A stretch of DNA of 62,886 nucleotides, filler included, from Chiloscyllium plagiosum (GCF_004010195.1; 3 parts of one record of this genome joined end to end with filler, not necessarily neighbours in it), one strand, 5' to 3'. Counted from the whole stretch's first letter, positions 27,361 through 40,079 are shown. Numbers and translations are program-made. Notes: generated by a model from the letters alone, not told the origin.

Positions 27361-27702
27361 TGCAACAAGGGAGAAAGGCCAGACAAACTGACAGGTGCCC
27401 AACATCAGGCTTTTTACCCTGAGGACAGAATTTTGACCCACTCAGGAGAAGACCAGAATTATCATGCAGAGATGTTGACACATTGATCTTTCATAAAACC
27501 TTCAATATCATACTGAATATCACTGCTATGTCTGATTAATCCTGGCATTGCTCAGTCATTTAACATCACTTCTGACCACTTGCTGCAATGTCTTCTCTCT
27601 TTTGTGTTCTACTAATCTACCCTCAACCTCAGCATCAAAACACCTGACTCCAGTAGAAGCCTCATCCTTGAGCCCCGAGGATGAGAATGCAGAGACAAAC
27701 CC

Positions 27703-27747
<45 letters not shown>

Positions 27748-28350
27748 GAAAGAGCCAAGATTGAGATTCCAGGCACTCAAATGGAGACCATCCACTGTGA
27801 CAACTCCACAGCTGGATCATGGAAGACTGCCAGAGACCAGGCACTTACTCAAGCCCAAATGATGACTCTCTAGCAGCAGTACTCAGAGACTTTATCCACA
27901 TGCACAGAGAGGAGCAGCAGAAACAGGGAGGTCTGTGGGACATAATGATTCTCCTTGTTTAGAAGCTACATTAGCGCAGCAAAGCAAGCAACCATCTGAC
28001 TACCTCTATTGATAGGATGGCTGTTGTCATTGGGATCCAAATCCAGCATGCTCCGGGACTGAAGAGCTGCATAAAGCTGCATTCCATCACCACGTGTTTT
28101 GACCATCAGCACTGAAAGTATGGCAACAGCGACTGGAGAGCCATGAGCCCGATCCAGGAGTATCTTCCTCACAACGGACAGGACTCCACCTCCAATTTGC
28201 CTTCTCTCCGATTCATGGAAGTTCAAGCTGACGAGGGTTAAAATGCCTTTGGCAAGATGATCCTTTACATATCTGGCCCAGCACATGAAAGAGTCTCCAG
28301 GGTCTTCACACCAAAGCTCCAAAGACAACTGCCCCTACATTCTCCATTCT
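27361..28350 (+). mobile_element. Probable decayed Harbinger accessory (Myb/SANT-like) gene remnant
   Basis: Frameshifted NKGERP/VPNIRLFT/EDRILTHSGEDQ resembles, from memory, the linker after the Myb/SANT domain of Harbinger-associated proteins. Followed by a Ser/Thr/Pro-rich stretch (PSTSASKHLTPVE). Confidence 0.4.
27705..27744. repeat. (AC)20 microsatellite
   Basis: Perfect AC run read directly. Confidence 0.97.
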
Positions 28351-28477
28351 AACTGCAGAACCACGGATAACATTTGGAAAAAATGAGATGGAGAAGATGG
28401 AGAAAACAAATTGAGGACAGTTTGGAGGTGCGAATGAAGGAAGCCATTCTTTTTCTTAAACAGGTCCAGAAATGTTG

Positions 28478-28661
28478 TACAGGGGAACATCAATTATCCG
28501 AACGAGATGGGCAGGCAATATTTCGTTTGGATAATCGATTGTTTGGTAATCAATTAAATGCCTTTCCTCTGGGGCTCGGAGTTTTTAAAGTCTGATCCCG
28601 GTTCAGGAGACTGCAGTAGAACACAGCGTGCGAGACCACCACCCCCCACGACCAACACCGT

Positions 28662-28694
<33 letters not shown>

Positions 28695-28699
28695 CCCCC
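28478..28699 (+). mobile_element. Left end of a Tigger/pogo-like DNA transposon running into a poly-C tract and gap
   Basis: TA followed by CAGGGGAACATCAATTATCCGAAC resembles Tigger TIRs, with internal inverted GGATAATCGA. Confidence 0.55.
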
Positions 28700-28799
28700 N
28701 NNNNNNNNNNNNNNNNNNNNNNNNNNNNNNNNNNNNNNNNNNNTTAATTAATTAANNNNNNNNNNNNNNNNNNNNNNNNNNNNNNNNNNNNNNNNNNNN
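28700..28799. other. Artificial scaffolding linker N44-TTAATTAATTAA-N44
   Basis: Exactly 100 bp. The palindromic core has stops in all six frames. An identical structure occurs at 45322-45421. Confidence 0.93.
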
Positions 28800-30740
28800 C
28801 TATGCTTTCTTCAATCTCCCTGCTGCTTTTGGGGGGCCTGTAGTAAACCCCTAACGAGGTGACTGCTCCCTTGCTGTTCCTAATTTCCACCCATACTGAC
28901 TCGGTAGGCAGATCTTCCTCGACAATGGAAGCTTCTGTAGCTGTGATACCCTCTCTGATTAGTAGTGCTACACTCCCTCCTCTTTTTCCCCCCTCCCTAT
29001 TCTTTTTAAATGCTCTAAACCCTGGAACATCCAGCAACCATTCCTGACCCTGAGAACCCATGTCTCTGTTATGGCCACACATCATAGCATCCATGCTCTA
29101 AGTTCATCACTTTTATTCCTGATAATCCTTGTGTTAAAGCAAATACACTTTACCTGATCCCTTGGTTCCTTCCCAGGAAAATCCTTCCCACTACCTGGTC
29201 TACCTCTTGCTATTGCCTCATCTGCATCAACTCTCACCTCTGGTATACAGCTCAGGTTCCCACCCCCCTGCCATACTAGTTTAAACCCTCTTGAACCACT
29301 TGAGCAAACCTTCCACCCAGGACATTGGTCCCTTCCAGTTCAGATGCAACCCGTCCTTCTTGTACAGGTCCCACCTTCCCCAGAAGGTATCCCAATTATC
29401 TACATATCTGAAGCCGTCCCTCCTACACCAGCTGCACAGCCACGTGTTAAGCTGCACCCGCTCCCTGTGGCACCGGTAGTAAACTATCTCGTGGCACCGG
29501 TAGTGGCACCGGTAGTAAACTAGAGAACACTACTCTGTTCGTCCTGCTTTGCAGCTTCCATCCTAACTCCCTGAAATCACTTTTTATATCTTCGATCCTT
29601 TTCCTGGCTATATCATTAGCCTTCCTGAAGAAGGGCTTATGCCCAAAACGTCGATTCTCCTGTTCCTTGGATGCTGCCTGACCTGCTGCGCTTTTCCAGC
29701 AACACATTTTCAGCTCTGATCTCCAGCATCTGCAGTCCTAACATTCTCCTCCTATATCATTAGTGCCAATACGTAACACGATTTCTGGCTGTTCGCTCTC
29801 CCCTTTTAGAACCTTATACACCCGATCGGAGACGTCCCGGATCCTGGCACCAGGGAGGCAACATACCTTCTGGGAATCCCGATCCTGACCACAAACTCTC
29901 CTGTTGATTCCCCTAACTATCGAGTCCCCTACCACGAGTACGTTTCTATTCTGTCCCCTTCCCTTCTTTGCCAGAGTGTCAGGCTCAGTGCCAGAGAACT
30001 GACTGCTAAGGCTTTCCTCTGGTAGGTCATCCCCCCCAGCAGTATCCAAAACGATATACTTATTGCTGAGGGGAATGTCCACAGGGGATCTCTGCACTGT
30101 CTGTCTGTCCCCTTTCCTCCCCCTAACTGTAACCCATCTATCCTTGTCTTGTGCCTTAGGAATGACCAACTCCCGGTAACTCCTCTCAGCCTCCCGAATG
30201 ATCCGTAGTTCATCCAGCTCCAGCTCCAATTCCCTAACACGGTTTTCAAGGAGCTGGAGTTGGGTGCACTTCCCGCAGATGTAGCCAGCGGAGACGTGTG
30301 CCATGTCTCCCACCTGCCACATTCTGCAGGAGGAGCAAGCAACTGCCCTACCATCCATACCTGACTTATCTGAACACCCACTCAGTATCAAAGTAGAAAG
30401 CTTAGTTCGAGTTGTTTTAAAATTAATAACAAACTTATATTCAATAGAAGAAGTTTAGAATGAACCTTACCTTATCAAGTAGGTTAGAGGAGGAGGGCGG
30501 GTGGGAGACACTACAGTTGTAGAGTCTCGGGTTTAGCCTCCTTGCTGATATATATGGTCACTGCTTTCCTTCCCCGGCTGCCCCTCTGGTCCTCATCACT
30601 TCCCCCGCTGCTCCTGCTCCTTCTGTGAAAGGGAAAACACCGCTGCCCACTACCGGTAAGTAATTTTTTAAAAAACTGCCTTACCTTAGCTGCTGTCTTC
30701 CGGGTTCGTCTTACCTCAGCTGCTGCTCACACTCAAAATG
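28800..30740 (-). mobile_element. CR1 LINE 5' part: 5' UTR, ORF1 (zinc finger, leucine zipper, SGNH esterase) and start of ORF2 AP endonuclease
   Basis: ORF1 has CSSC...CGKC, LENRVRELELELDELR, VVGDSIVRG and IGTNDI. ORF2 has KNREGGKRGGSVALLIRE and LGVYYRPP. Confidence 0.92.
29620..29751 (+). mobile_element. Short PLE-derived insertion inside CR1 ORF1, 12-bp TSD, mutated hammerhead core
   Basis: CTATATCATTAG occurs at 29608-29619 and 29752-29763, duplicating the NDI codons. Core CTGAAGA-AGGGCTTATGCCC-AAAA-CGTC has GAAA changed to AAAA. Confidence 0.9.
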
Positions 30741-31197
30741 GCAGTTCATTATCTCAGGACATCACACAATATGTAACAGCCAATTAAAGACATCTTTTAA
30801 AGTGTAATGAATGTAGTACTGTAGATAATTGAGACTGCCTTAATTATTCACAACAGGCGAATGGTTCTGTGTGTGGTTTGAAATGTAAGATATAAATATT
30901 ATATGTTGTCCTAGGCTTTGAAGGTGCTTTCTCTAGCCCTTGTGGACAGTAGAGAAACACATGTTTATCATTTGAGCAAACTGAACAGAAAAATCTTCAT
31001 CCAGAAGTAATGTGAAAGGATTAGTTCCAAAAGAACTAAATTGAATGCTGCAGGGAAGTCACCTCACTAAGGTGTATTAGTCAGGACACCTTTCTATGCT
31101 TAGGTCTTCCTGAAGATAACCTTCACAGTTTTCACACTGTTTATAGATGATGTGCTAAGTACATCATACTGGATTTTCATTTATGATTGTACAGAAA

Positions 31198-31420
31198 ATG
31201 CAGTGGTGACATAGTGATAATGTCAATGGGACCCTAATCCAAAATTCAAGGCTAATGTCCTAATGACATGGATTTGAATTCCACCATGGCAGATGGTGAA
31301 ATTTGAATTCAATGAACATCTGAATTAAATATAGTCTTTGTTGATTATCACAAACACTCATCTGGTTCATTCACGTTCTTTAGAAAAATAAATCTTAAAC
31401 CTTATCCAGTCTGGTCTACC
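31198..31420 (+). mobile_element. tRNA-derived SINE or LINE head, decayed
   Basis: GCAGTGGTGACATAGTG...GGATTTGAATTCCACCATGGCAGATGGTGAAATTTGAATTC. A related minus-strand copy lies at about 57480-57735. Confidence 0.5.
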
Positions 31421-31785
31421 ATGAGCAGAAGTAGGCCATTCAGTCTATTGAATCCAGTCTGCCATTCAATGAGATCATGGCTGATGTAATAATCTACAAC
31501 TCCACTTTCCCGCCTTTTCCCCATTTCCCCATGGTTCACTTACAGATGAAAAATCCCTTTATCTCAGCCTTGGATATACTTGATGACCCAACCTCAACAA
31601 CCCTCTGCAGTAAAGAATTCCATAGATTCATTACCCTCTGAGAGAAGATATTTATCCTCCTCTGTTTTAAATGGGTGACCTGTTATTCTGTGAATATGCA
31701 TGCCCCATTTACTCATCAAATTCTCTTAGAATCTTATATGTTTTAATAAGTTCACCTTTCATTCTTCTAAACTTCAATAAATAGA
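31421..31785 (-). mobile_element. CR1 3' fragment
   Basis: LLKFRRMKGELIKTYKILREFD plus a reversed CR1 tail. Confidence 0.75.
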
Positions 31786-32269
31786 TGGCAAAATTGGGAG
31801 ACCTGTTGTTCACATTAGTCAAGCACCAACCTGACAGAGTTATACTCAAGGAACTGCACCTTACATACAATGTCCCAACACTGCCATCACCATTGCTGGG
31901 TGTCAGGACAAACCTGGCACTCGTATACAGTTGAGAGGGAGATGCCATGGGAATCCGCTACAATGACTGCAGACTCCATGAAATCTTATGGTATCAGGTC
32001 AGACACAGGCAAGGAAACCTCCTGATTATCATTTACAGCGTGTCCCTCCCACCCTTCAGCTGACGAATCAGTTCATCTCAATATTGGCACCATGTAGACG
32101 AAGCATTGAGGGTGGGCAAGGACACAGAATATAGTCGGGATAGTGGGGATGACTTGAATTTTTGCAGCCACTTTTGATGGTGAAATGACATGGGTTTTCC
32201 ATATGATTGATAGTATGAAACAATTCCACCACTCACCTGTCTCATTTTGTGCATCATCAGACTCTGTAT

Positions 32270-32375
32270 TCATATATGGATGTAGGTTTGCTCGAGCTGG
32301 AAGATTCATTTTCAGCTCAGCGAGCAAACCTAATCCAGAACCTCAACCTGAGTAACAATCTTCTCAAAACTCGCT
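32270..32375 (+). mobile_element. Poseidon-type PLE tail fragment with inverted duplication
   Basis: GGATGTAGGTTTGCTCGAGCTG...CAGCTCAGCGAGCAAACCTAATCC hairpin, matching the tail at 54195-54236. Confidence 0.65.
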
Positions 32376-33159
32376 GTATCCATATATGTTTAATATCAGA
32401 TGATCCTTCCTGTAGCTTGATGTATTCATTGTACATGATCTGCTTGGGTCACAGTCATGGGTACTTGTAGCTGCATCAGCCTTTGCTCTAGTGTTTTTCC
32501 TCTAGCAATGGTCGTTTTTGCCATATGCTTTCCAAAATGGATTGAAAGATGAATGAGTAGAAGGTGCGTGCAGAGGGCTACATCATGCACATACCTCGAT
32601 ATGTTTGAGTATTATAGTGATTGTGTCAACTGTCAAGTTTATATTGGGCCCTTTCAATTTTGTCAACATGTGAGGTTTGCTTTCAGAATTATACCCATTC
32701 TTCAAAAGCTCTGGTAACTGCCTGGCATTATGAAAAAATTGCTCAGTTATGTCCTGTCCACAAAAAAAACAAGAAAAATCCAACCTGATCAACCCTACCA
32801 TCTTACTCTCAATCATCAGCAATGTGATTGAAGGGGTTGACGATAGTCACATTAAGTGGGATTGACCAGCAATACCCTGCCCATTGATGATTTTTTGGAT
32901 TTCATCAGGGCCACTCAGCCCCTACCTCCATTACAAGCTTAGTTCAAATATGAACAAAAGGCTGAACAATTGAGGGTGACTGTCCATGTCATCAAGGCAT
33001 GAAATGACTAAAAATGGCATCAATGTTTCCTAGCAAAACTGCAGCTAACTGGAATCAAGGAGAAATTACTCCATTTGTTGGAATAGTACCTATCACAAAG
33101 AAAGGTGATTGTGGTTGTTAATGGCCAATCATCTCAATCCCAGGATTATCTCTGAGGGA

Positions 33160-35465
33160 GTTAGAAATAACACCACAGAGGCTGGCATCCCATCAACAAT
33201 CACCCTTTATTTACATGTGGAGAGTCCTTTACACTGATCTAGCTCCCTCAGAGCCAGCTCTCAGAGTACACAGGATGTCTGACACTTCTCTTTTTATCTT
33301 TCAGCCAGAGCACCCTGATCAGATTAACAGCCCCAATTAAGGGATATTCCCCCACCCCGAGTCTGAGGACATAAACTCATTCTTTTGTTTTTGTAGCTCC
33401 TCCTGGGGCATTTTAGCACCAGCTCAGGTTCCTCCCACACTGCCTCAGATACGGGCTGCGTGGAAAGCACAGTAGTTCACTTCTTGCGCCCGGAGCGTCT
33501 TGGAAGAAAGTCATTCTCTTCTTCAGGCAGCAAGACGGTGTCATCCACCAAGTCCATCCCAGATTCTAAGCTATCTTCAAAGCTTGATGGAAAGGGGTAG
33601 CCCATGTATTCTGAAACAGTCGGAAAGGCTGACAAGGGGCTGGGCGTGATTTGCTCCTGTACTGTTTGCAATTTGCAGCTTTCTTGTGGTCCAATTGCTT
33701 ATTCAGGACCATCGTAGCAATCCAAACTTTAAATGTCACTGGTCCTGACCTTGCATTGACCAATTCATCAACTTCACCAACACATTCCACCCTGACCTTA
33801 AATTTACCTGGACCATCTCTGACACCTCCATCCCCTTCCTGGACCTCTCCATCTCCATTAATGACGACCGACTTGACACTGACATTTTTTACAAACCCAC
33901 CGACTCCTACAGCTACCTGGATTCCACCTCTTCCCACCCTATCTCTTGCAAAAATGCCATCCCGTATTCCCAATTCCTCCGCCTCCGCCGTATCTGCTCC
34001 CAGGAGGAGCGGTTCCACCATAGAACACACCAGATGGCCTCCTTCTCTAGAGACCGCAATTTCCCTTCCCACGTGGTCAAAGATGCCCTCCAACGCATCT
34101 CATCCACACCCCGCACCTCCGCCCTCAGACCCAACCCCTCCAACCGCAACAAGGACAGAACGCCCCTGGTGCACACCTTCCACCCTACCAACCTTCGCAT
34201 AAACCAAACCATCNNNNNNNNNNNNNNNNNNNNNNNNNNNNNNNNNNNNNNNNNNNNNNNNNNNNNNNNNNNNNNNNNNNNNNNNNNNNNNNNNNNNNNN
34301 NNNNNNNNNNNNNNNNNNNNNNNNNNNNNNNNNNNNNNNNNNNNNNNNNNNNNNNNNNNNNNNNNNNNNNNNNNNNNNNNNNNNNNNNNNNNNNNNNNNN
34401 NNNNNNNNNNNNNNNNNNNNNNNNNNNNNNNNNNNNNNNNNNNNNNNNNNNNNNNNNNNNNNNNNNNNNNNNNNNNNNNNNNNNNNNNNNNNNNNNNNNN
34501 NNNNNNNNNNNNNNNNNNNNNNNNNNNNNNNNNNNNNNNNNNNNNNNNNNNNNNNNNNNNNNNNNNNNNNNNNNNNNNNNNNNNNNNNNNNNNNNNNNNN
34601 NNNNNNNNNNNNNNNNNNNNNNNNNNNNNNNNNNNNNNNNNNNNNNNNNNNNNNNNNNNNNNNNNNNNNNNNNNNNNNNNNNNNNNNNNNNGCTTATCTC
34701 TCCACGCTTCAGGCTCACTGCCTTTATTCCTGATGAAGGGCTTTTGCCCAAAACGTCGATTTCGAAGCTCCTTGGATGCTGCCTGAACTGCTGTGCTCTT
34801 CCAGCACCCACTAATCCAGAATCTGGTTTCCAGCATCTGCAGTCATTGTTTTTACCTTGTATGACCATACCTATTACCCATTCATGGCTTTTCCTATGGT
34901 TCCTACACCTAAGTTTACCTGCTGAAGTTAACTGTTTCTCTTGCTGAATGGACTCTTGTGCCTGGTATTAGTGTTCCTAATGCCCTTTCACCATCATCAA
35001 CAACCCTCCCCCACCCCCTACCTCCACACCCTCTTGATTCCAGGAAGATCAGATTTAACCTGGTGTGAAGTGTTCTCCCCATTAGCAACTCTGCTGGAGC
35101 TATCCCTATAATTGCAAATAGGAACCAGGTGAGTTTAATATCCAGTGAAGCTGTAAGCCGTTTCGTTAAACCTGCCTTCACCATTTGACTGCTCTTTCTG
35201 CCAGACCATTGGATGATACGGAGTATGGAGCTGTCCTTATATGTCAAATATCATGCGACTTTAAGAAATACTCAAATTCCCTGCTGGTAAACAATAGCGC
35301 ATTATCTGTGACTAACACTTCCAGGAGTCCACGTATTGCAAAAAATGCACACAGTTTTTCTATTGTCATCTTTGCTTTATGAATGAGCTATATACATGAC
35401 CAGCTACATTGAATGGGTGTCCACAGTGACTAAGAGCATTGAACCAATGAAAGGACCTGCAACAT
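33160..35465 (-). mobile_element. Decayed Gypsy LTR retrotransposon (integrase and 3' LTR remnant), split by a PLE
   Basis: Minus strand gives DVAGPFIGSMLLVTVDTHS, VTDNALLFTSREFEYFLK, TAPY, PAELLMGRTLHTRLNLIF and RSGPVTFKV. A purine tract GGGGTGGGGG lies at about 33349-33358 before the LTR-like segment. Confidence 0.75.
33760..34858 (+). mobile_element. Young 5'-truncated Penelope-like retroelement (Neptune-type); RT C-terminus, gap, 3' tail with hammerhead
   Basis: Encodes FINFTNTFHPDLKFTWTISDTSIPFLDL...FYKPTDSYSYLD...SHP...AIPYSQFLRLRRICS. Tail has CTGATGA-AGGGCTTTTGCCC-AAAA-CGTC at 34730-34757. Imperfect TSD ACCTTG(C/T)A(T)TGACCA. Gap at 34214-34691. Confidence 0.9.
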
Positions 35466-36394
35466 CACTCAAATTTGACACCATCCTGCTCAAAGCAACC
35501 GACTTTATTGATACACCATCCCCCACCTTCAAAATTCACTCCCTTCAACACAAGTACATAGAGGCCTCCATGTGTACTATCTATTAGGTCTACTGCGGCT
35601 ACTCACCAAGGCTCCTTAAAAAACACTTTCCAAACCCATGACCTCTACCATCTAGAACAAGGGCAGTAGATGCATGGGAACATCACCATAAGCAAGTTCC
35701 ACTCCACCCTCACACCATGCTGACCTACTATATCATTGTTCTTTCATTGTCACCAGGTCAAAGTTCTAACAGCACTGTGGATGTCCCAATACCCGAAAAA
35801 CTGTAATGATTCAAAAATGCAGCTCACATTCTGTAGCGTGGCTCAGAGAATGGCAATACATTCTGGCCTGGCTATCCCATTTAACATCCCATGAGCAAAT
35901 AGGACAAAAACTAGAAAAAGGGTAAATTCAGATCCCACAGCACAAAAGCAAAATACTGTAAGTACTGAAAGTCTGAGATAAAGACAGAGAATGTTGGAAA
36001 CACCATATGTGATTGGATTTGTCAGTTTTATTTTTGTAACAGGAACGTACTGTGGGATTTTTCCAATTTCCAGAATTTCAACTGTTCTGGAACAGTTATG
36101 TTAGAGCCATAGTTATTTCTGGAGCACAGGACGTCAATATTCCTGTCAGGATTTTTCCAGTTGCCAGAGCTTTTGCTGTATCCAGTATACTCAGCTATTT
36201 CATAGTATCATAGGCAATGAATCAAATTGCCTAAAGTATGGCACTGCAGGTGGCTATATCCTAATGGTTTGAGCAAACTACGTTTTGTGTTTCCCCAAGC
36301 AAATGCTGTTCAGCACGAAGGGATATGGATTCATCAGCTGGGGAGGACAATGGGTTGTAATCAACTGGAAATAGTCCCTTAGAGTAATTGGGAC

Positions 36395-36650
36395 CTTTTA
36401 GAACGGAGATAAGGTAAAACCTCTTCAGCCAGAGAGTGGTGAATCTATGGAATTCATTGCCACAGAAGGCTGTGGAGGCCAGGTCATTGAGTATATTTAA
36501 GACTGAGAATATAGGTTCTTGAGTATAACGGGTTTTAGGGAGAATGCGGGAGAATGGGGTTGAGAAATATATCAGCCATAATTGAATGGTGGAGTAGACT
36601 TGATGGAGTGAATGGTCTAATTTATGCTGCTATGCCTTATGGTCTAATTT
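36395..36650 (+). mobile_element. CR1 3' end
   Basis: FSQRVVNLWNSLPQKAVEA motif plus tail. Confidence 0.8.
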
Positions 36651-36754
36651 CCTTGCCCATTTTGACTTGTATCATGAGAACTCATGGGATCCAGAGTCAG
36701 TGTTGAGTTCTGCTGGGGTCATTTTCTCTCATTGTATAGCACTTGACAGCATCT

Positions 36755-37970
36755 TGGATCTGAGTCAAAAAGTGTAGCACTGGAAAAGCACAGCAGGTCA
36801 CACAGCATCCGAGGAGCAGGAAAATCAACATTTCGGGTATAAGCCCTTCATCAGGAATGTTGGGGGATGGGTAAGGGGGCTGAGAGATAAATAGGAGGGT
36901 GATTGTGTGAATGGGTGGAAGGTAACTGGGAAGGCAATAGGTCAGCGCAGATGGAGGATGGTGGTGATGGATTGGAAGGGAGGGTGGAGCAGACAGGTGG
37001 GAAGAAAGACGGACATGTAGGACAGTTCAAGAGGGTGGTGTGAGTTGGAGGGTTAGATTTGGGATGAGGTGGAGGGAGGGGAGATAAGGAAACTGGTGAA
37101 GTCGACATTGATGCCGTGTGGTTGGAGGGTCCCAAGGCAGAAGTTGAGTCACTCTTCCTCCAGTCATCGGGTGGCTAGGATTTGGCGGCGGAGGAGGCCC
37201 AGGACTCGGCAGAGTGGGAGGGGAGTTGAAGTGGTCGGCTACAGGGCGGTAGGGTTGTTTGGTGTGTGTGCCCCGGAGATGTTCCCTAAAACATTCCACG
37301 AGTTGGCATCCTGTCTTCCCAATGTAGAGGAGACCACATCAAGAGCAACAGACGCAGTAGATGAGGTGTTTGGATGTGCATGAAAACTTCTGCCAGATGT
37401 GGATGGATCCTTCGGGACCTCGGATGGAGGTGAGGGGTGGGCATAGGTTTTACACCTCTTGCAATGGCAAGGTAATTTGCCAGGAGTGGAGGGAGGGTTT
37501 GGGGGTGGGGGGAGGAGGGAGAGGGTGGTGGGAGAACGTGGACCTAACGAGGAAGTCGGGATGGAATAGTTTCTGTGGAACGCAGGTAGGGGTGGGGAGG
37601 GAAATATATCTCTGGTGGTGGGGTCTGACTGTAGGTGGCAGAAATGGCGGAGGATAATACACTGTATATTGAGATTAGTGGGGTGCCAGGGGTTTCTATC
37701 CTTGTTGCGGTAGGAGGGGTAGGACGTGCAGGAAGTTGAGGAGATGTGCTGGAGGGCATTGTTGACCACATGAGAGGGGAAATTGTTGTCCTTGAAATCG
37801 GAGGCCATCTGAGATGTCCTGGAGTGGAATTGCTCCTCCTGGGAGCAGATACAGCACAGGGGGGTGAATTTGGGAGTAAGGGATAGTGGTTTTACTGGGA
37901 GAGGGAGGGATGGAGCTTGTCCAGGTAGCTGTGGGAGTCAGTGGGTTTGAAGTTGATGTCTGTGTTTAAA
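36755..37970 (-). mobile_element. Decayed Penelope-like element (Neptune-type) with Cys-rich linker, GIY-YIG and hammerhead tail
   Basis: Minus strand gives FPSHVVNNALQHIS, PCHCKRCKT, LIYC...CGLLYIGKTG and CFREHLRG...PVADHFNSP. Tail CTGATGAAGGGCTTATACCCGAAATGTT at about 36827-36854. Confidence 0.88.
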
Positions 37971-39236
37971 ATCTTGGATCTTGGATTTGCCTTGTATGTG
38001 GGACAGATATGTTCAGGAATGGCGAGAGAGGAGTCTGGGACATTGCCTGATATTATGATTCTGGGTCGGGTTGCTGCTTAACTAGTCTGTGGGACAGTTT
38101 TCCGAATTCTTGCACAGGTCCCCAGTTATTAGTATTGGGGAATTGGTAGGTGTACCTTTGGTGAGCTGGAATCTAATGTCAAAATTGAATGGCTCGACAG
38201 TTTCTTTCCTATTGTAATTTTGCTGCACTTAATCTTCAAATTTGTTCCTTGGTCAGTTGGAAAGCACTGGAATATCCAAGGTTTTGTTTTTCAAATGGCC
38301 ACAATTCCTCTGAGTTCATTCTTATTTTGTTTGGATTCTAATTAGACTGATAAACACGGGATGTATGTGCAATATTTAAAACTAAGTCATCAAGACAAAA
38401 TATTGTAAATGCAACCTGAAATGTAAAAGAATGCTGTAAATATTTAGCAATTCAGGTGACATCTGTTCTCACCACAGATGCTGCCCAACCTGCTAAGTAT
38501 TTCTGGCAATTTCTGTCACATATCAGATGTTCTGAAGATGTTTATTGAATATGAAATCTCCTTGACCCATGTTGAATTGTTCCAGGTTCACATTTTAGAT
38601 TCTATATGTTAACATAATTCTAAAGTAATTACTATTGCTGCAATAGGTGAGTCTAGGAGGGAGAGAATTATTGTTCAATGTGACATTAAATTGGATTTTG
38701 ATTTTCAATTCAATCCATCACATCAATCAGATGATGGGATCATTTTGGATATTTGAACCATCACAATGTCCTCTCTACTATTTCGCTGGTGAAAGTATGT
38801 AGTACTATAAAATGGGATTCCATATAAATTGGCAGACTGGGCAATTCAATATTAAGAATTAATTTACACTACCTCCCTTGCTGTTTCACATAGCCCCATT
38901 TTAATTCAGTAACCATGGAAATGAGTGAGCCAGTGTTGCAGTTATGTTATTGAAAGGATACAAAGTGAATGCATCATTCTCAGGGTGACACAAATGTTGA
39001 CTTAAATCACAGCAGTTAATAATTTTGAATTCATTTAAATAAAAAACTGGAAATTCAAACAAGTCTGGTAACAGTGAAAGTAACAACAAAATTCTAGTAA
39101 AACCAAAACTAATTTACCAAATGTTTTTTATGTAAAGAGACATCCAGTCATTCTTAGTTGTATCTTGTATAGGACTTTGCACACCGGCACAGTTAGCTGT
39201 CTTCTGATGTGACTGAATAAGAGCCTCAGTTATTAT

Positions 39237-39570
39237 TGGCTCACTGGTTAGCACTGCTACCTCACAGCACCAGGGACCTCGGTTTGATTCCAGCTTTGGG
39301 TTACTATCTGTGTGGAGTTTGCACAATCTCCCTGTGTCTGTGTGGGTTTCCTCTGGGTGCTCTGGTTTCCTCCTACAGTCCAAACATGTGCAGGTTAGGT
39401 GGATTGGCCATTTTAAATTGTCCAGGGAAGTGCAGTCTAGATGGGTTAGCCGAGGTTACAGGGATAGAGTAAGAGGCTGGGGGTGGGTAGGATGCCGCTC
39501 AGAGGGTTGGTGTGGACTCAGTGGGCTGAATGATCTCCTTTTGTACTGTTTGGATTCTGTGATGATTCTG
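39237..39570 (+). mobile_element. HE1/V-SINE
   Basis: TGGCTCACTGGTTAGCACTGCTACCTCACAGCACCAGGGACC...TGTGTGGAGTTTGCAC, ending in a CR1-like GATTCT tail. Confidence 0.88.
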
Positions 39571-39638
39571 CCAAAACATTTTCAGAATGGTGATCTGCCA
39601 TCTCCTTGTCAGGACAACTAGGTTTGAGCAATAAATTA

Positions 39639-39806
39639 TTAGGAGAAAGTAAGGACTGCAGATGCTGGAGATCAAAGTCGAAACATCTGGCACTGGAAAA
39701 ACACAGCAGGTCAGGCAGCATCCGAGGAGCAGGAGCATTGACGTTTCGGACGAAAGTCCTTCATCAGGACTGTGATGAAGGGCTTATGCCTGAAACTTCG
39801 ACTCTC
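39639..39806 (-). mobile_element. Short PLE-derived insertion with partial inverted repeat, 10-bp TSD and hammerhead
   Basis: CAATAAATTA occurs at 39629-39638 and 39807-39816. Minus strand 39767-39740 reads CTGATGA-A-GGAC-TTTC-GTCC-GAAA-CGTC. Confidence 0.85.
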
Positions 39807-40079
39807 CAATAAATTACTCAAGCCATTCATATCACAAGAATGAATTTTTTTAAAAATATGTGATGTCTGGGTTGATTCAAGTAAAATATTGGTGTGTACC
39901 AGTTAAAGCATAAAAACAAAATCTGAGCAGAAATTGGTTCAGCTTTTGGCAACTATCATGGAGGACTTCTTTCTGTGAGTCCTAATGAGTTTTCTCACAC
40001 TATCTTTCCAATCTTGCATTAATTATGCACCAAACCCCTTCTAATTGTGTCCTCCCACTCACCACAGGCTAAAGTACGA

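Larger units (their letters stand above)
31790..35900 (+). mobile_element. Decayed CR1/L2-superfamily LINE (31790-33160 and 35470-35900) hosting nested insertions
   Basis: Same family as 12760-13720 (FGFHQGHSAP remnant). 3' region CTCACCAAGGCTCCTT...CCAAACCCATGACCTCTACCATCTAGA. Confidence 0.6.

Noticed and set aside
27966..28328. 120-aa minus-strand ORF (MSLELWCEDP...) as a host exon
   Set aside because: No recognisable protein and a weak donor. It lies antisense to a probable decayed Harbinger accessory gene.
28560..28699. CpG-containing stretch as a promoter or CpG island
   Set aside because: Better explained as the interior of a Tigger-like element beginning at 28478.
33566..34202. 175-aa and 183-aa ORFs
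   Set aside because: They are antisense or off-frame readings of the C-rich Penelope RT region.
33913..34868. Long ORFs of 227-307 aa (also 49814-50377)
   Set aside because: Their length comes from translating N runs.
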